Shown in pieces: positions 19,056 through 28,264 of a stretch of DNA of 64,000 nt. The notes below the pieces were generated by a model. That model saw nothing but the letters and a program-made list of their open reading frames with translations. It searched no databases and was not told the DNA's origin. The stretch lies in assembly GCA_001784435.1 (NCBI GenBank), contig MFQZ01000005.1:25015-89014 (forward strand), written 5' to 3'. Origin of the DNA: Candidatus Magasanikbacteria bacterium RIFOXYC2_FULL_42_28 (lineage in GTDB: Bacteria > Patescibacteriota > Patescibacteriia > Magasanikbacterales > GWA2-37-8). Position numbers and translations under genes: made by a program. Positions within the stretch are counted from its first letter, which is position 1. Each line of letters opens with the position of its first letter.

Positions 19056-19580
19056 ATGCCATATTTTGACATTGGTCTTATTATCATAATCGGAATTTTT
19101 GGATTAATTGGCCTTGCTTTTGGCCTTGTCCAGACCCTAGGCTCTCTATTGGGCATGATCTTGGGCGTATTTATTGCGGCGCGTTACTACGAGGTCGGCG
19201 CCGAGTGGATTACGAGTTTTACCGGCTGGGGAGGGAATTTCCCCAAAGTACTTATTTTTATCATTGCTTTTGTCATCATAAACCGATTAGTTGGTTTGGT
19301 ATTTTGGCTGATCAATAAAATACTTTCTATCGTAACCAGACTCCCATTTATTTCCAGCATCAATCGTCTTTTGGGGTTGGTGTTCGGAGTATTAGAGGGT
19401 GCCATCGGCCTCGGCATTATTTTATATTTTGTCGCCCGTTTTCCACTTGGAGAAACTTTTATGGGTGCGCTCGGTGCGAGCAGAATCGTGCCAATACTCG
19501 TGCATATGGCCGGAGTGTTAATGCCACTTGTACCGGAGGGCTTGCGAATTTTGCAAAGTACGATTGAGAGTTTGAGGTAA
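19056..19580 (+). CDS. cvpA: CvpA-family membrane protein (colicin V production protein homolog)
   Basis: Four TM helices. N-terminal DIGLIIIIGIFGLIG and LGLVFGVLEGAIGLGII match the CvpA pattern. Confidence 0.7.
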   Translation: MPYFDIGLIIIIGIFGLIGLAFGLVQTLGSLLGMILGVFIAARYYEVGAEWITSFTGWGGNFPKVLIFIIAFVIINRLVGLVFWLINKILSIVTRLPFISSINRLLGLVFGVLEGAIGLGIILYFVARFPLGETFMGALGASRIVPILVHMAGVLMPLVPEGLRILQSTIESLR

Positions 19581-19582
19581 TT

Positions 19583-20515
19583 ATGATTATTGACACGCAC
19601 TGCCATATTCAATTTCGTGGTTATGATAACGACCGCGCCGAGGTTATTAAACGTTGTCGCGAAAAAGACGTAATAATGAACGCCGTCGGCACGCAAATTG
19701 ATACTAGTCGCGCCGCCGTGGAGTTGGCCGAAGCCAATCCGGATATTTACGCTACCATTGGTTTGCACCCCATTCATTTATTTACGACACGCGTGGACGA
19801 AGAAGAATCATCTTTCTTAAGTCGCGAAGAAAATTTTGATTACGACGCGTATAAAAAATTAGGGCAAAGCGAAAAAGTAATCGCAGTGGGGGAGTGCGGT
19901 TTGGAATTATTTCATATTCCGCCCGAAGCCGACCGGGAAGCGATTTTAAAAAAACAAAAAAACGTTTTTTTGTTACAAGTTAAACTGGCCCAAGAATTAA
20001 ATGTACCACTAGTCATCCATGTCAGAGATGCCTATGACGAGATGCTGGAATTGCTATTGTCATTGCGAGGAGCGCAGCGACGCGGCAATCCCACCGTTAA
20101 ATTGCCACCCTACGGGTGGTCTGCCGTAGGCATGACTTCGCCTTTGGCTCGCAATGACATTAAAGGCGTCGTCCACTGCTATTCCGGCAACTGGCGCCTG
20201 GCGCAAGGATTTTTGGACTTGGGATTATATTTAGGGTTTACTGGTGTGATCACTTTTCCACCCCGCAAAACCAACCCACAATCAACTTTGGATTTGCTGG
20301 AAGTCGTCAAAAATGCTCCACTGGATAGAATTTTAATAGAAACTGACTCACCCTATTTAGCCCCTCAAGCATATCGTGGTCAAAGAGCCGAACCGTGGAT
20401 GGCTATTGAAAATTTGCGTAAAATCGCGGAGATTAAAGGATTGGATATGGCCGAAGTAACTGAAGCTGTCTTAAATAACACAAAAAAAATATTTACAAAA
20501 ATCAAAAACTGTTAA
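19583..20515 (+). CDS. tatD: TatD-family metal-dependent hydrolase, carrying a full in-frame copy of palindromic element A (TGCGAG variant)
   Basis: DTHCHIQF, GLHPIH, VGECGLE, IHVRDA, HCYSG and ETDSPYL motifs. A 34-aa insert LSLRGAQRRGNPTVKLPPYGWSAVGMTSPLARND sits between the IHVRDA and HCYSG motifs. Confidence 0.85.
   Translation: MIIDTHCHIQFRGYDNDRAEVIKRCREKDVIMNAVGTQIDTSRAAVELAEANPDIYATIGLHPIHLFTTRVDEEESSFLSREENFDYDAYKKLGQSEKVIAVGECGLELFHIPPEADREAILKKQKNVFLLQVKLAQELNVPLVIHVRDAYDEMLELLLSLRGAQRRGNPTVKLPPYGWSAVGMTSPLARNDIKGVVHCYSGNWRLAQGFLDLGLYLGFTGVITFPPRKTNPQSTLDLLEVVKNAPLDRILIETDSPYLAPQAYRGQRAEPWMAIENLRKIAEIKGLDMAEVTEAVLNNTKKIFTKIKNC
20057..20160. repeat. Family A full-length element inside tatD, in-frame (termini TGTCATTGCGAG...CTCGCAATGACA)
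   Basis: Perfect 12-bp terminal inverted repeat. Internal CCACCCTACGGGTGG hairpin. 104-105 nt, so the frame is preserved. Confidence 0.85.
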
Positions 20516-20592
20516 TAACCTCCCCAAAAATCCCTTGACTAAATAGGGATTTTTTAGTAAAATATGGGCGTCTTTAAAAATTCCATTTTTCT

Positions 20593-20841
20593 ATGGAAAA
20601 TAAGCCAAAAACAAGCGACCGCGCTTATTATCTCTTTGCTTTGCGCATAGTTGGCGATTTTGGCGCATCCATTGCCGTGCCGGCGGTTTTAGCCGCTTTG
20701 GTTGGCAATTGGATTGATGAAAAATTTAGCACCTATCCGTTATTTGTCGCGTTATTTTTACTTGTCGCTGGTTTACTGACAGCTAAATCCATAATGAAAA
20801 AGGCGAAAAAATACGGAGAAGAATACGACCAATTAAAATAA
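20593..20841 (+). CDS. atpZ: AtpZ/AtpI-like small membrane protein preceding the ATP synthase genes
   Basis: Two TM helices. Position immediately upstream of atpB. Confidence 0.55.
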   Translation: MENKPKTSDRAYYLFALRIVGDFGASIAVPAVLAALVGNWIDEKFSTYPLFVALFLLVAGLLTAKSIMKKAKKYGEEYDQLK

Positions 20842-20844
20842 TTT

Positions 20845-20955
20845 CAAAATCCAAATTTCCAATTTCCAATCAAATCCAAAATCCCAATATCAAATTTGAC
20901 ATTTTGGCTTTGACATTTATTTGACATTGGATATTGAAAATTTGACATTTCGTTC
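20845..20955. repeat. AT-rich palindromic intergenic repeat, copy R3 (four TTGACATT iterations)
   Basis: AATTTCAAAATCCAAATTTCCAATTTCCAATCAAATCCAAAATCCCAATATCAAATTTGACATTTTGGCTTTGACATTTATTTGACATTGGATATTGAAAATTTGACATT, about 95% identical to R4. Confidence 0.8.
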
Positions 20956-20959
20956 AACT

Positions 20960-21736
20960 ATGCATATTCCAACATTAGCACCGGAAATACTATTTTATCT
21001 ATACGGCTGGCCGATAACCAATACTATTATCAACGCCTGGCTCGCGATACTGATTTTTTTGGCGCTGGGAATTTTTATCAAACGAACGATTAAACTCCGC
21101 CCGGGCACTTTGCAAAATGGCGCGGAATATTTTTTAGAAATTTTATTGGGATATTTTGACCAAGTGACCGGCGACCGCAAACGCACTCTGAAATTTTTAC
21201 CAATTGTCGGTTCGGTCTTCTTTTTTATTTTACTTTCTAACTGGCTCGGTCTGATTCCCGGCACCGGCAGTATCACTTATAAGCACGAATTTTTATTGCG
21301 TCCGGCCAACACGGATTTAAATTTGACAGTGGCAATGGCGCTCGTGGCCGTGGTGTCTTCGCATTTGTTTGGTTTGTTTACCGTCGGAATTTTCACGCAT
21401 TTAAATAAATTTATTCAAATTGGCACGTTTTTTAAAAGTTTAACGAAAGGCCCAGTGGCTATTCTCACCGCGATAATTGAATTGGGTGTGGGATTGATTG
21501 AGATAGTATCGGAAATTGCTAAAGTGGTTTCATTGTCCTTGCGGTTATTTGGAAATATTTTTGCCGGCGAAGTTTTGATGACGGTAATGGCGAGCTTAGT
21601 TGGGCTATTATTACCGACACCATTTATGTTATTGGAGTTATTGGTCGGATTAATTCAAGCCGCGGTATTTACGATGTTAACGCTGGTTTATTTGACCGTG
21701 GCGACGACCGATCCGCACGCCGAAGAAGCGCACTAA
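20960..21736 (+). CDS. atpB: F0F1 ATP synthase subunit a
   Basis: LRLFGNIFAGEVLM motif with the essential Arg. Start moved to the Met downstream of repeat R3 (the track ORF start lies inside the repeat). Confidence 0.9.
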   Translation: MHIPTLAPEILFYLYGWPITNTIINAWLAILIFLALGIFIKRTIKLRPGTLQNGAEYFLEILLGYFDQVTGDRKRTLKFLPIVGSVFFFILLSNWLGLIPGTGSITYKHEFLLRPANTDLNLTVAMALVAVVSSHLFGLFTVGIFTHLNKFIQIGTFFKSLTKGPVAILTAIIELGVGLIEIVSEIAKVVSLSLRLFGNIFAGEVLMTVMASLVGLLLPTPFMLLELLVGLIQAAVFTMLTLVYLTVATTDPHAEEAH

Positions 21737-21744
21737 AAATTGAA

Positions 21745-21808
21745 GACTGAAGATTGAAGATTAAAAAAAATACTTACACCAATCTTCAATCTTCGATCTT
21801 TAATTTAT
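21745..21808. terminator. AAGATT-repeat hairpin (TTGAAGACTGAAGATTGAAGATT-A8TACTTACACC-AATCTTCAATCTTCGATCTTTAA)
   Basis: Inverted repeat of GAAGATT units between atpB and atpE. Likely an attenuator or stability element. Confidence 0.5.
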
Positions 21809-21883
21809 AAATTTCGATCAAACCCCGAATTAAAAATAATCCAAACAAATTCGGAGGTGAAAATCGAGGAAAGATAATATAAT

Positions 21884-22105
21884 ATGGAACACGAATCAAT
21901 CGTGGCGATGTCAAAAGCATTCGCTATGGCAGTGGGTGGCATGTTTCCGGCGTTGGCCATTGGCCGACTGGTAGCAAAGGCCATGGAGTCAATCGGACGC
22001 AACCCAGAATCAGCTGGTAAGTTGTTTGTCCCGATGTTGCTCGGCGCCGCGTTTGCCGAAGCGATTGCGATTTACTCGCTGGTGGTCGTATTTACTCTCA
22101 AGTAA
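21884..22105 (+). CDS. atpE: F0F1 ATP synthase subunit c
   Basis: Two-helix proteolipid. GAAFAEAIAIYSLVVVF contains the conserved carboxylate (E). Confidence 0.9.
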   Translation: MEHESIVAMSKAFAMAVGGMFPALAIGRLVAKAMESIGRNPESAGKLFVPMLLGAAFAEAIAIYSLVVVFTLK

Positions 22106-22149
22106 TTCTACTCATCGGATTTATTTTTTTAAGTCCGATGGGATAGGAT

Positions 22150-22268
22150 TGTTTAAAATTTCAAAATCCAAATTTCCAATTTCCAATCAAATCCAAAATC
22201 CCAATTACAAATTTGACATTTTGGCTTTGACATTGATTTGACATTGGAAATTGGAAATTTAACATTAA
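22150..22268. repeat. AT-rich palindromic intergenic repeat, copy R4
   Basis: Near-identical to R3. Overlaps the track-predicted atpF start. Confidence 0.8.
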
Positions 22269-22279
22269 TCACTAAAACT

Positions 22280-22822
22280 ATGTCTCAAAATCTCACTACT
22301 GAAACCGTCGAGGAAACAACCGCTGATGCCGGCGTCCTCGCTTCGCTCGGCCTAAATGGCCAACAATTTACTTACCAACTTATCAACTTCGCCGTCGTAG
22401 CCGTAATTATTTGGTATTTAATTTTAAAGCCTTTAACCAAAAAATTATCCGAACGTCAAAAAATGATTGACGACAGTATTGAAAATTCCAAAAAAGTTCA
22501 GGAAAATTTAACTAAGGCCGAACGCGATTATCAAAAGAAAATTGATGATGCCAAAGCGGCCGCCGGGAAAATTTTAGACGATGCTAATTCCGAAGGTAAA
22601 AAATTAGGCGCGGATTTAAAAGATCAAGCAAAAAAAGAAATTGAAAATTTGGTCGTACAGGCCAAACGCAATATCCAAATTGAACAACAAGAAATGGTGG
22701 TAAAACTAAAAGGGGAAACAGCGAATTTAATTATTGCCGCGCTTGAGAAAATTTTGGAAGAAAAAATGGATGATAAAAAAGATAAACAGTTGATAGAGAA
22801 TGCAATCAAAAAATTGCAGTAA
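22280..22822 (+). CDS. atpF: F0F1 ATP synthase subunit b
   Basis: Single N-terminal TM helix then a long charged coiled coil. Start moved to Met15, downstream of repeat R4. Confidence 0.8.
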   Translation: MSQNLTTETVEETTADAGVLASLGLNGQQFTYQLINFAVVAVIIWYLILKPLTKKLSERQKMIDDSIENSKKVQENLTKAERDYQKKIDDAKAAAGKILDDANSEGKKLGADLKDQAKKEIENLVVQAKRNIQIEQQEMVVKLKGETANLIIAALEKILEEKMDDKKDKQLIENAIKKLQ

Positions 22823-22828
22823 TTTTTT

Positions 22829-23221
22829 ATGAAAAAAAAACGCAGCGCCAAACAATACGCCGTTGCCCTCCACGAATTAACTGAGGGAGCCAGCGGTAAA
22901 AAATTAGACGCAACTTTAAAAAAGTTCGTGGAAATTTTGGCGCGCGATCGTAAATTAAAAAAAGCGGAAAATATAATGAAAGAATTTGAAAAATACGCGC
23001 AGAAAAAAGCGGGGACTACGGCACTGACAGTTTACTCCGCGCGCGCGCTCGCAAAATCGAGTTTAGATAAGATAAATGATGCTTTCGGAGGAAAAACAGC
23101 GATCACGACCGAAGTGACACCGGAAATTCTCGGAGGCATAAGAATAAAAACAGAAGATAAAATTTTAGACGCCAGTTTACTAAAACAATTACAAATTTTA
23201 AAACAAAAAATTACCAAATAA
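22829..23221 (+). CDS. atpH: F0F1 ATP synthase subunit delta (OSCP), short form
   Basis: Position between atpF and atpA. Alpha-helical 130-aa protein. Confidence 0.65.
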   Translation: MKKKRSAKQYAVALHELTEGASGKKLDATLKKFVEILARDRKLKKAENIMKEFEKYAQKKAGTTALTVYSARALAKSSLDKINDAFGGKTAITTEVTPEILGGIRIKTEDKILDASLLKQLQILKQKITK

Positions 23222-23229
23222 ATAATTAA

Positions 23230-24726
23230 ATGAATATGTCCAATAACCAAATTGTCAACGAACTAAAAAAACACATTGCCGAATTTGAAAAAACCGTTGA
23301 AGTCGAAGAAGTCGGAACCGTAATTGAAATTGGCGATGGTATCGCGCGCATGAGCGGTTTGACCAAATGCCAATCCCAAGAAATGTTGGAATTTCCCGGT
23401 GGCGTATTTGGCGTCGCTTTGAACTTGGAAGAAGAAACCATCGGCGCGGTGGTATTGGGTGAATACAAAAAAATTAAAGAAGGGGATACGGTCAAACGCA
23501 CCGGTCGCATTTTGTCCGTACCGGTTGCCGACAGTATTATCGGTCGCGTGGTTGACGCGCTCGGTGAACCAATTGATGACAAAGGCCCAATTAAAGCGGA
23601 GAAGTATTATCCTTTGGAAAAAATCGCTCCGGGCGTAATGGCGCGCCACCCGGTGCATGAGCCGGTACAAACCGGCATCAAAGCGATTGACGCCATGATT
23701 CCAATCGGTCGAGGTCAGCGCGAACTTATCATTGGCGACCGTCAAACTGGTAAAACCGCGATTGCCGTGGACGCGATTATCAATCAAAAAGGCCAAAACA
23801 TGAAATGCGTGTATGTCGCAATTGGTCAAAAAGAATCCAAAGTTGCCCGTATTTATGCCAAACTGCAAGAAGCGGGCGCCATGGAATATACTACTATCGT
23901 AGTAGCGGGCGCGTCTGATCCGGCGGCGATGTCATTTATCGCGCCTTACGCGGGCGTGGCGATTGCGGAATATTTTGCTGATAAAGGTGAGGATGTTTTG
24001 GTAATTTATGATGATTTGACCAAACAGGCCTGGGCCTATCGCGAAATTTCTTTATTACTTCGCCGTCCACCCGGTCGCGAGGCGTATCCGGGCGATGTTT
24101 TCTATTTACATTCTCGTTTACTGGAACGCGCTTGCAAATTAAATGAAGAAAATGGCGGAGGATCAATTACGGCCTTACCAATTATCGAAACTCAAGCCGG
24201 CGATGTTACCGCTTACATTCCCACGAACGTAATTTCCATTACCGATGGTCAAATTTTCTTGGAGACCGATTTATTTTATCGCGGTATTCGCCCAGCATTA
24301 AACGTTGGTATTTCCGTATCTCGCGTCGGTGGCTCCGCCCAATTGAAACCAATGAAAAAAGTGGCCGGTAAATTAAAATTGGCCATGGCACAGTTCCGCG
24401 AGCTGGAAGCGTTCGCGCAATTTGCTTCGGACTTGGATCCGGAAACAAAAAAACAAATTGATTTGGGTCAACGCATGACTGAATTATTAAAACAACCGCA
24501 ATACAGTCCGATGGCGGTAGATGAACAGGTGGCAGTAATTTATGCCGTGAGTAATGGTTATTTCAATCACATTGAAGTAAAAAATGTCAGCGAAGCTGAA
24601 ACGAAATTTTTGGTAATGATGAGATCTGGTGAACGCGCTTTACTTTCTAAGATTGCAAAAGGGGATTGGGATGATGCGATTGAGGGTGAATTGAAAATTG
24701 CTTGCGAAAAATTTAGTAAGAATTAA
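23230..24726 (+). CDS. atpA: F0F1 ATP synthase subunit alpha
   Basis: Walker [10 protein letters not shown] and extensive alpha-subunit similarity. Confidence 0.95.
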   Translation: MNMSNNQIVNELKKHIAEFEKTVEVEEVGTVIEIGDGIARMSGLTKCQSQEMLEFPGGVFGVALNLEEETIGAVVLGEYKKIKEGDTVKRTGRILSVPVADSIIGRVVDALGEPIDDKGPIKAEKYYPLEKIAPGVMARHPVHEPVQTGIKAIDAMIPIGRGQRELIIGDRQTGKTAIAVDAIINQKGQNMKCVYVAIGQKESKVARIYAKLQEAGAMEYTTIVVAGASDPAAMSFIAPYAGVAIAEYFADKGEDVLVIYDDLTKQAWAYREISLLLRRPPGREAYPGDVFYLHSRLLERACKLNEENGGGSITALPIIETQAGDVTAYIPTNVISITDGQIFLETDLFYRGIRPALNVGISVSRVGGSAQLKPMKKVAGKLKLAMAQFRELEAFAQFASDLDPETKKQIDLGQRMTELLKQPQYSPMAVDEQVAVIYAVSNGYFNHIEVKNVSEAETKFLVMMRSGERALLSKIAKGDWDDAIEGELKIACEKFSKN

Positions 24727-24734
24727 TTTTTATT

Positions 24735-24858
24735 GTCATTCCGAACGAATGTGAGGAATCTCCATCCCAATCACAAACCGAATGGAGATCCCTCGCTCGC
24801 CTTGGCGAAGCCTATCGGCGAAGCCAGGTCGACGCGAGTCTCGCTCGGGATGACAGTT
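24735..24858. repeat. Palindromic element family A copy, intergenic (atpA-atpG)
   Basis: TTGTCATTCCGAACGAATG...TCGCTCGGGATGACAGTTG. Internal GGAATCTCCATCC / GGAGATCCC arms. Confidence 0.85.
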
Positions 24859-24874
24859 GAGTATATAATACACT

Positions 24875-25840
24875 ATGGCCGTAAACACCAAAGCCATCAA
24901 ACGCCGCATCAAATCTGTTGGTAATACTAAAAAAATTACCAAAGCCATGGAAATGGTCGCGGGCGCAAAAATGAGAAAAGCCGTGGAAAGCGCGATTAAT
25001 ACTCGCACCTATGCCACGCTGGCTTGGGATTTGCTTGTGAAATTATCCAAACAACAAAAAGTAAAATTACCATTATTGCAAGTACGTCAAGTAAAAAAAT
25101 TATTAGTTGTATTGATTACTTCCAACCGCGGTTTGTGCGGAAGTTTTAACGCCAATATTATTCGCAAAACTGCTGAACAATTAAATAATCCGGTAAATAT
25201 CGGCCGTCAACGCGCCAAAAACGGCCATTTGGAACCGGTAAAAGATTTAGCAATTGATGTTATTGGTGTTGGTAAAAAAGGCGCGGACTTTGCTCGCAAA
25301 ATGAAATATAACTTAATTGCATCATTTTCTGAATTTTCCGATACGCCAAAATTGGATGATATTTGGCCGATTAGCAAAATGGTTTTGGAAGAATACGAAA
25401 AGAAAAATTATGACAAAGTAATTGTCGCTTATACCGATTTTAAATCAGCCATTACTCAAACCGCGAAATTGCGTCAGGTTTTGCCGATTTCCGAAGTGGA
25501 TTTGGAAAAAATGTTGCGCGACTTAGGAGAGCATGGAGATGACGCGACCGATATTGCTGTCGTTGAACCAAAACTGGAAATTGATGAATATTTATTTGAA
25601 CCAAACGCACAAACGGTGCTGTCAATAATTTTACCAAAATTAGTAGAAACGCAAATTTATCAAGCGACTTTGGAATCCGCCGCGTCCGAACATAGCGCTC
25701 GGATGATGGCAATGAGAAACGCTTCCGATGCCGCGCGCGATATGATTAAAGAATTAAATTTGAATTTTAATAAAGCTCGCCAAGCCGCGATTACGCAAGA
25801 AATTGCGGAGATTGCGGGTGGAGCGGCGGCGTTAGGATAA
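24875..25840 (+). CDS. atpG: F0F1 ATP synthase subunit gamma
   Basis: N-terminal IKRRIKSVGNTKKITKAMEMVAGAKMRKA and C-terminal ITQEIAEIAGGAAAL. Confidence 0.9.
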   Translation: MAVNTKAIKRRIKSVGNTKKITKAMEMVAGAKMRKAVESAINTRTYATLAWDLLVKLSKQQKVKLPLLQVRQVKKLLVVLITSNRGLCGSFNANIIRKTAEQLNNPVNIGRQRAKNGHLEPVKDLAIDVIGVGKKGADFARKMKYNLIASFSEFSDTPKLDDIWPISKMVLEEYEKKNYDKVIVAYTDFKSAITQTAKLRQVLPISEVDLEKMLRDLGEHGDDATDIAVVEPKLEIDEYLFEPNAQTVLSIILPKLVETQIYQATLESAASEHSARMMAMRNASDAARDMIKELNLNFNKARQAAITQEIAEIAGGAAALG

Positions 25841-25878
25841 AAATATTTATAAATTTTTAAAAAAATATTAAACATTGA

Positions 25879-27258
<1,380 letters not shown>

Positions 27259-27284
27259 ATTTAAATTTGGTAGTTTACACGCGA

Positions 27285-27535
27285 CGTATGGGTTTGCCTC
27301 TCGCCACCGGTGTCGTCCCGACCTCGGTCGGAACGCACCTACCGCTCAGATTTATGCGAATAAATCTTCCGCGAGTTGACTCAAGGCAAACCCATACGCC
27401 GCGTTAGCTGGTCTATAAAATAACTAGCAGATATATTGGCTTACCTTGAAGCAACTCGCGGAGCCGAGGCGAGCGGTAGGTGCGGCCGGTCGCAGGGACG
27501 ACACCGGTGCTGAAAGGTAAGCCAATATAGCTGCG
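27285..27535. repeat. Large (~250 bp) composite palindrome: two inverted copies of a ~110-nt hairpin-forming element in the atpD-atpC spacer
   Basis: Copy 1 is 27285..27398 (closing stem CGTATGGGTTTGCCT / AGGCAAACCCATACG). Copy 2 is 27436..27525 in opposite orientation (closing stem TTGGCTTACCTT / AAGGTAAGCCAA). Both share CACCGGTGTCGTCCC, GCACCTACCGCTC and TCCGCGAGTTG. GC is about 55%. Confidence 0.7.
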
Positions 27536-27550
27536 TAAAATAATCACGCT

Positions 27551-27988
27551 ATGGGAACATTACACTTCAAAATCGCCACACCGGAAAAAGTTGTCTATGA
27601 AAAAGATATTTTTCAGGTTTCTATTCCAACCACGATGGGGGAGATAACAATTTTACCTCACCACATTCCGTTAGTATCGGTTTTACAAACCGGGGAAATG
27701 CGCGTAAAAGATGCCGAAGGTGAACACTTAATTGCGATTGCGGGTGGGTTTATGGAAGTGCGCGGTAAAAATGAAGTTGTTGTTTTAGCAAGTAATGCGG
27801 AATTGGAGACTGAAATTGATTTGGACCGAGCGGAAAAGGCGCGCCAAGCGGCCATTGACCAAATGGCGAGAGCAAAAGCAGGCGAAGATATTGATTTTGC
27901 GCGACTTCAAGCCACGGTTGACCGCGAAATGAACCGCTTAAAAATCGCCCGAAAATACCGCAAATTACCCCCACCTAAAGAAAATTAA
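27551..27988 (+). CDS. atpC: F0F1 ATP synthase subunit epsilon
   Basis: Typical N-terminal beta-sandwich (ATPEKVVYEKDIFQVSIPTTMGEITILPHH) plus helical C-terminus. Confidence 0.9.
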   Translation: MGTLHFKIATPEKVVYEKDIFQVSIPTTMGEITILPHHIPLVSVLQTGEMRVKDAEGEHLIAIAGGFMEVRGKNEVVVLASNAELETEIDLDRAEKARQAAIDQMARAKAGEDIDFARLQATVDREMNRLKIARKYRKLPPPKEN

Positions 27989-28016
27989 AACTGGGGATAA
28001 GTGCTTGACAAATCCA

Positions 28017-28043
28017 AACCGGCTGTTCCAGCCGGTTTTTTAT
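28017..28043 (+). terminator. Rho-independent terminator of the atp operon (CCGGCTG-ttcc-AGCCGG + TTTTTTATT)
   Basis: 7-bp GC stem with a T-run. Confidence 0.75.
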
Positions 28044-28056
28044 TATGGTATAATAA
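28044..28056 (+). promoter_or_regulatory. Extended -10 promoter element (TGGTATAAT)
   Basis: TGnTATAAT consensus 20 nt upstream of the ATG of the Cys-rich peptide. Confidence 0.45.
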
Positions 28057-28076
28057 CAGTGTTTAATAACATCAAT

Positions 28077-28208
28077 ATGGATGAAAAATGCACTTCTTGC
28101 GCCATCACCATGGATGACCAAGAACAAACTTGCTCCTGCAACGATTCTTTGTGTCGGCGTTGTTGTGATTGTGAGAATGGGTGCGGATGTGAATGTAAAG
28201 CCAAGTGA
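28077..28208 (+). CDS. Cysteine-rich 43-aa peptide (12 Cys: MDEKCTSCAITMDDQEQTCSCNDSLCRRCCDCENGCGCECKAK)
   Basis: Start moved to the Met downstream of the terminator hairpin. CxxC, CxC, CC and CxCxC clusters suggest a metallothionein-like or metal-binding peptide. Confidence 0.4.
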   Translation: MDEKCTSCAITMDDQEQTCSCNDSLCRRCCDCENGCGCECKAK

Positions 28209-28264
28209 AAACAAAGGAAATCCGCGATTGTGCCTAAGCGGTAGTTAAGTTTACACTTTTAATT

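Noticed and set aside
23263-23868. Long antisense and alternative-frame ORFs inside atpA, atpD, dnaK, iscS, metG and others (for example 23263..23868, 52332..52760, 36260..36640)
   Set aside because: These are shadow ORFs opposite or overlapping strongly supported conserved genes. Their amino-acid compositions are biased and low-complexity.
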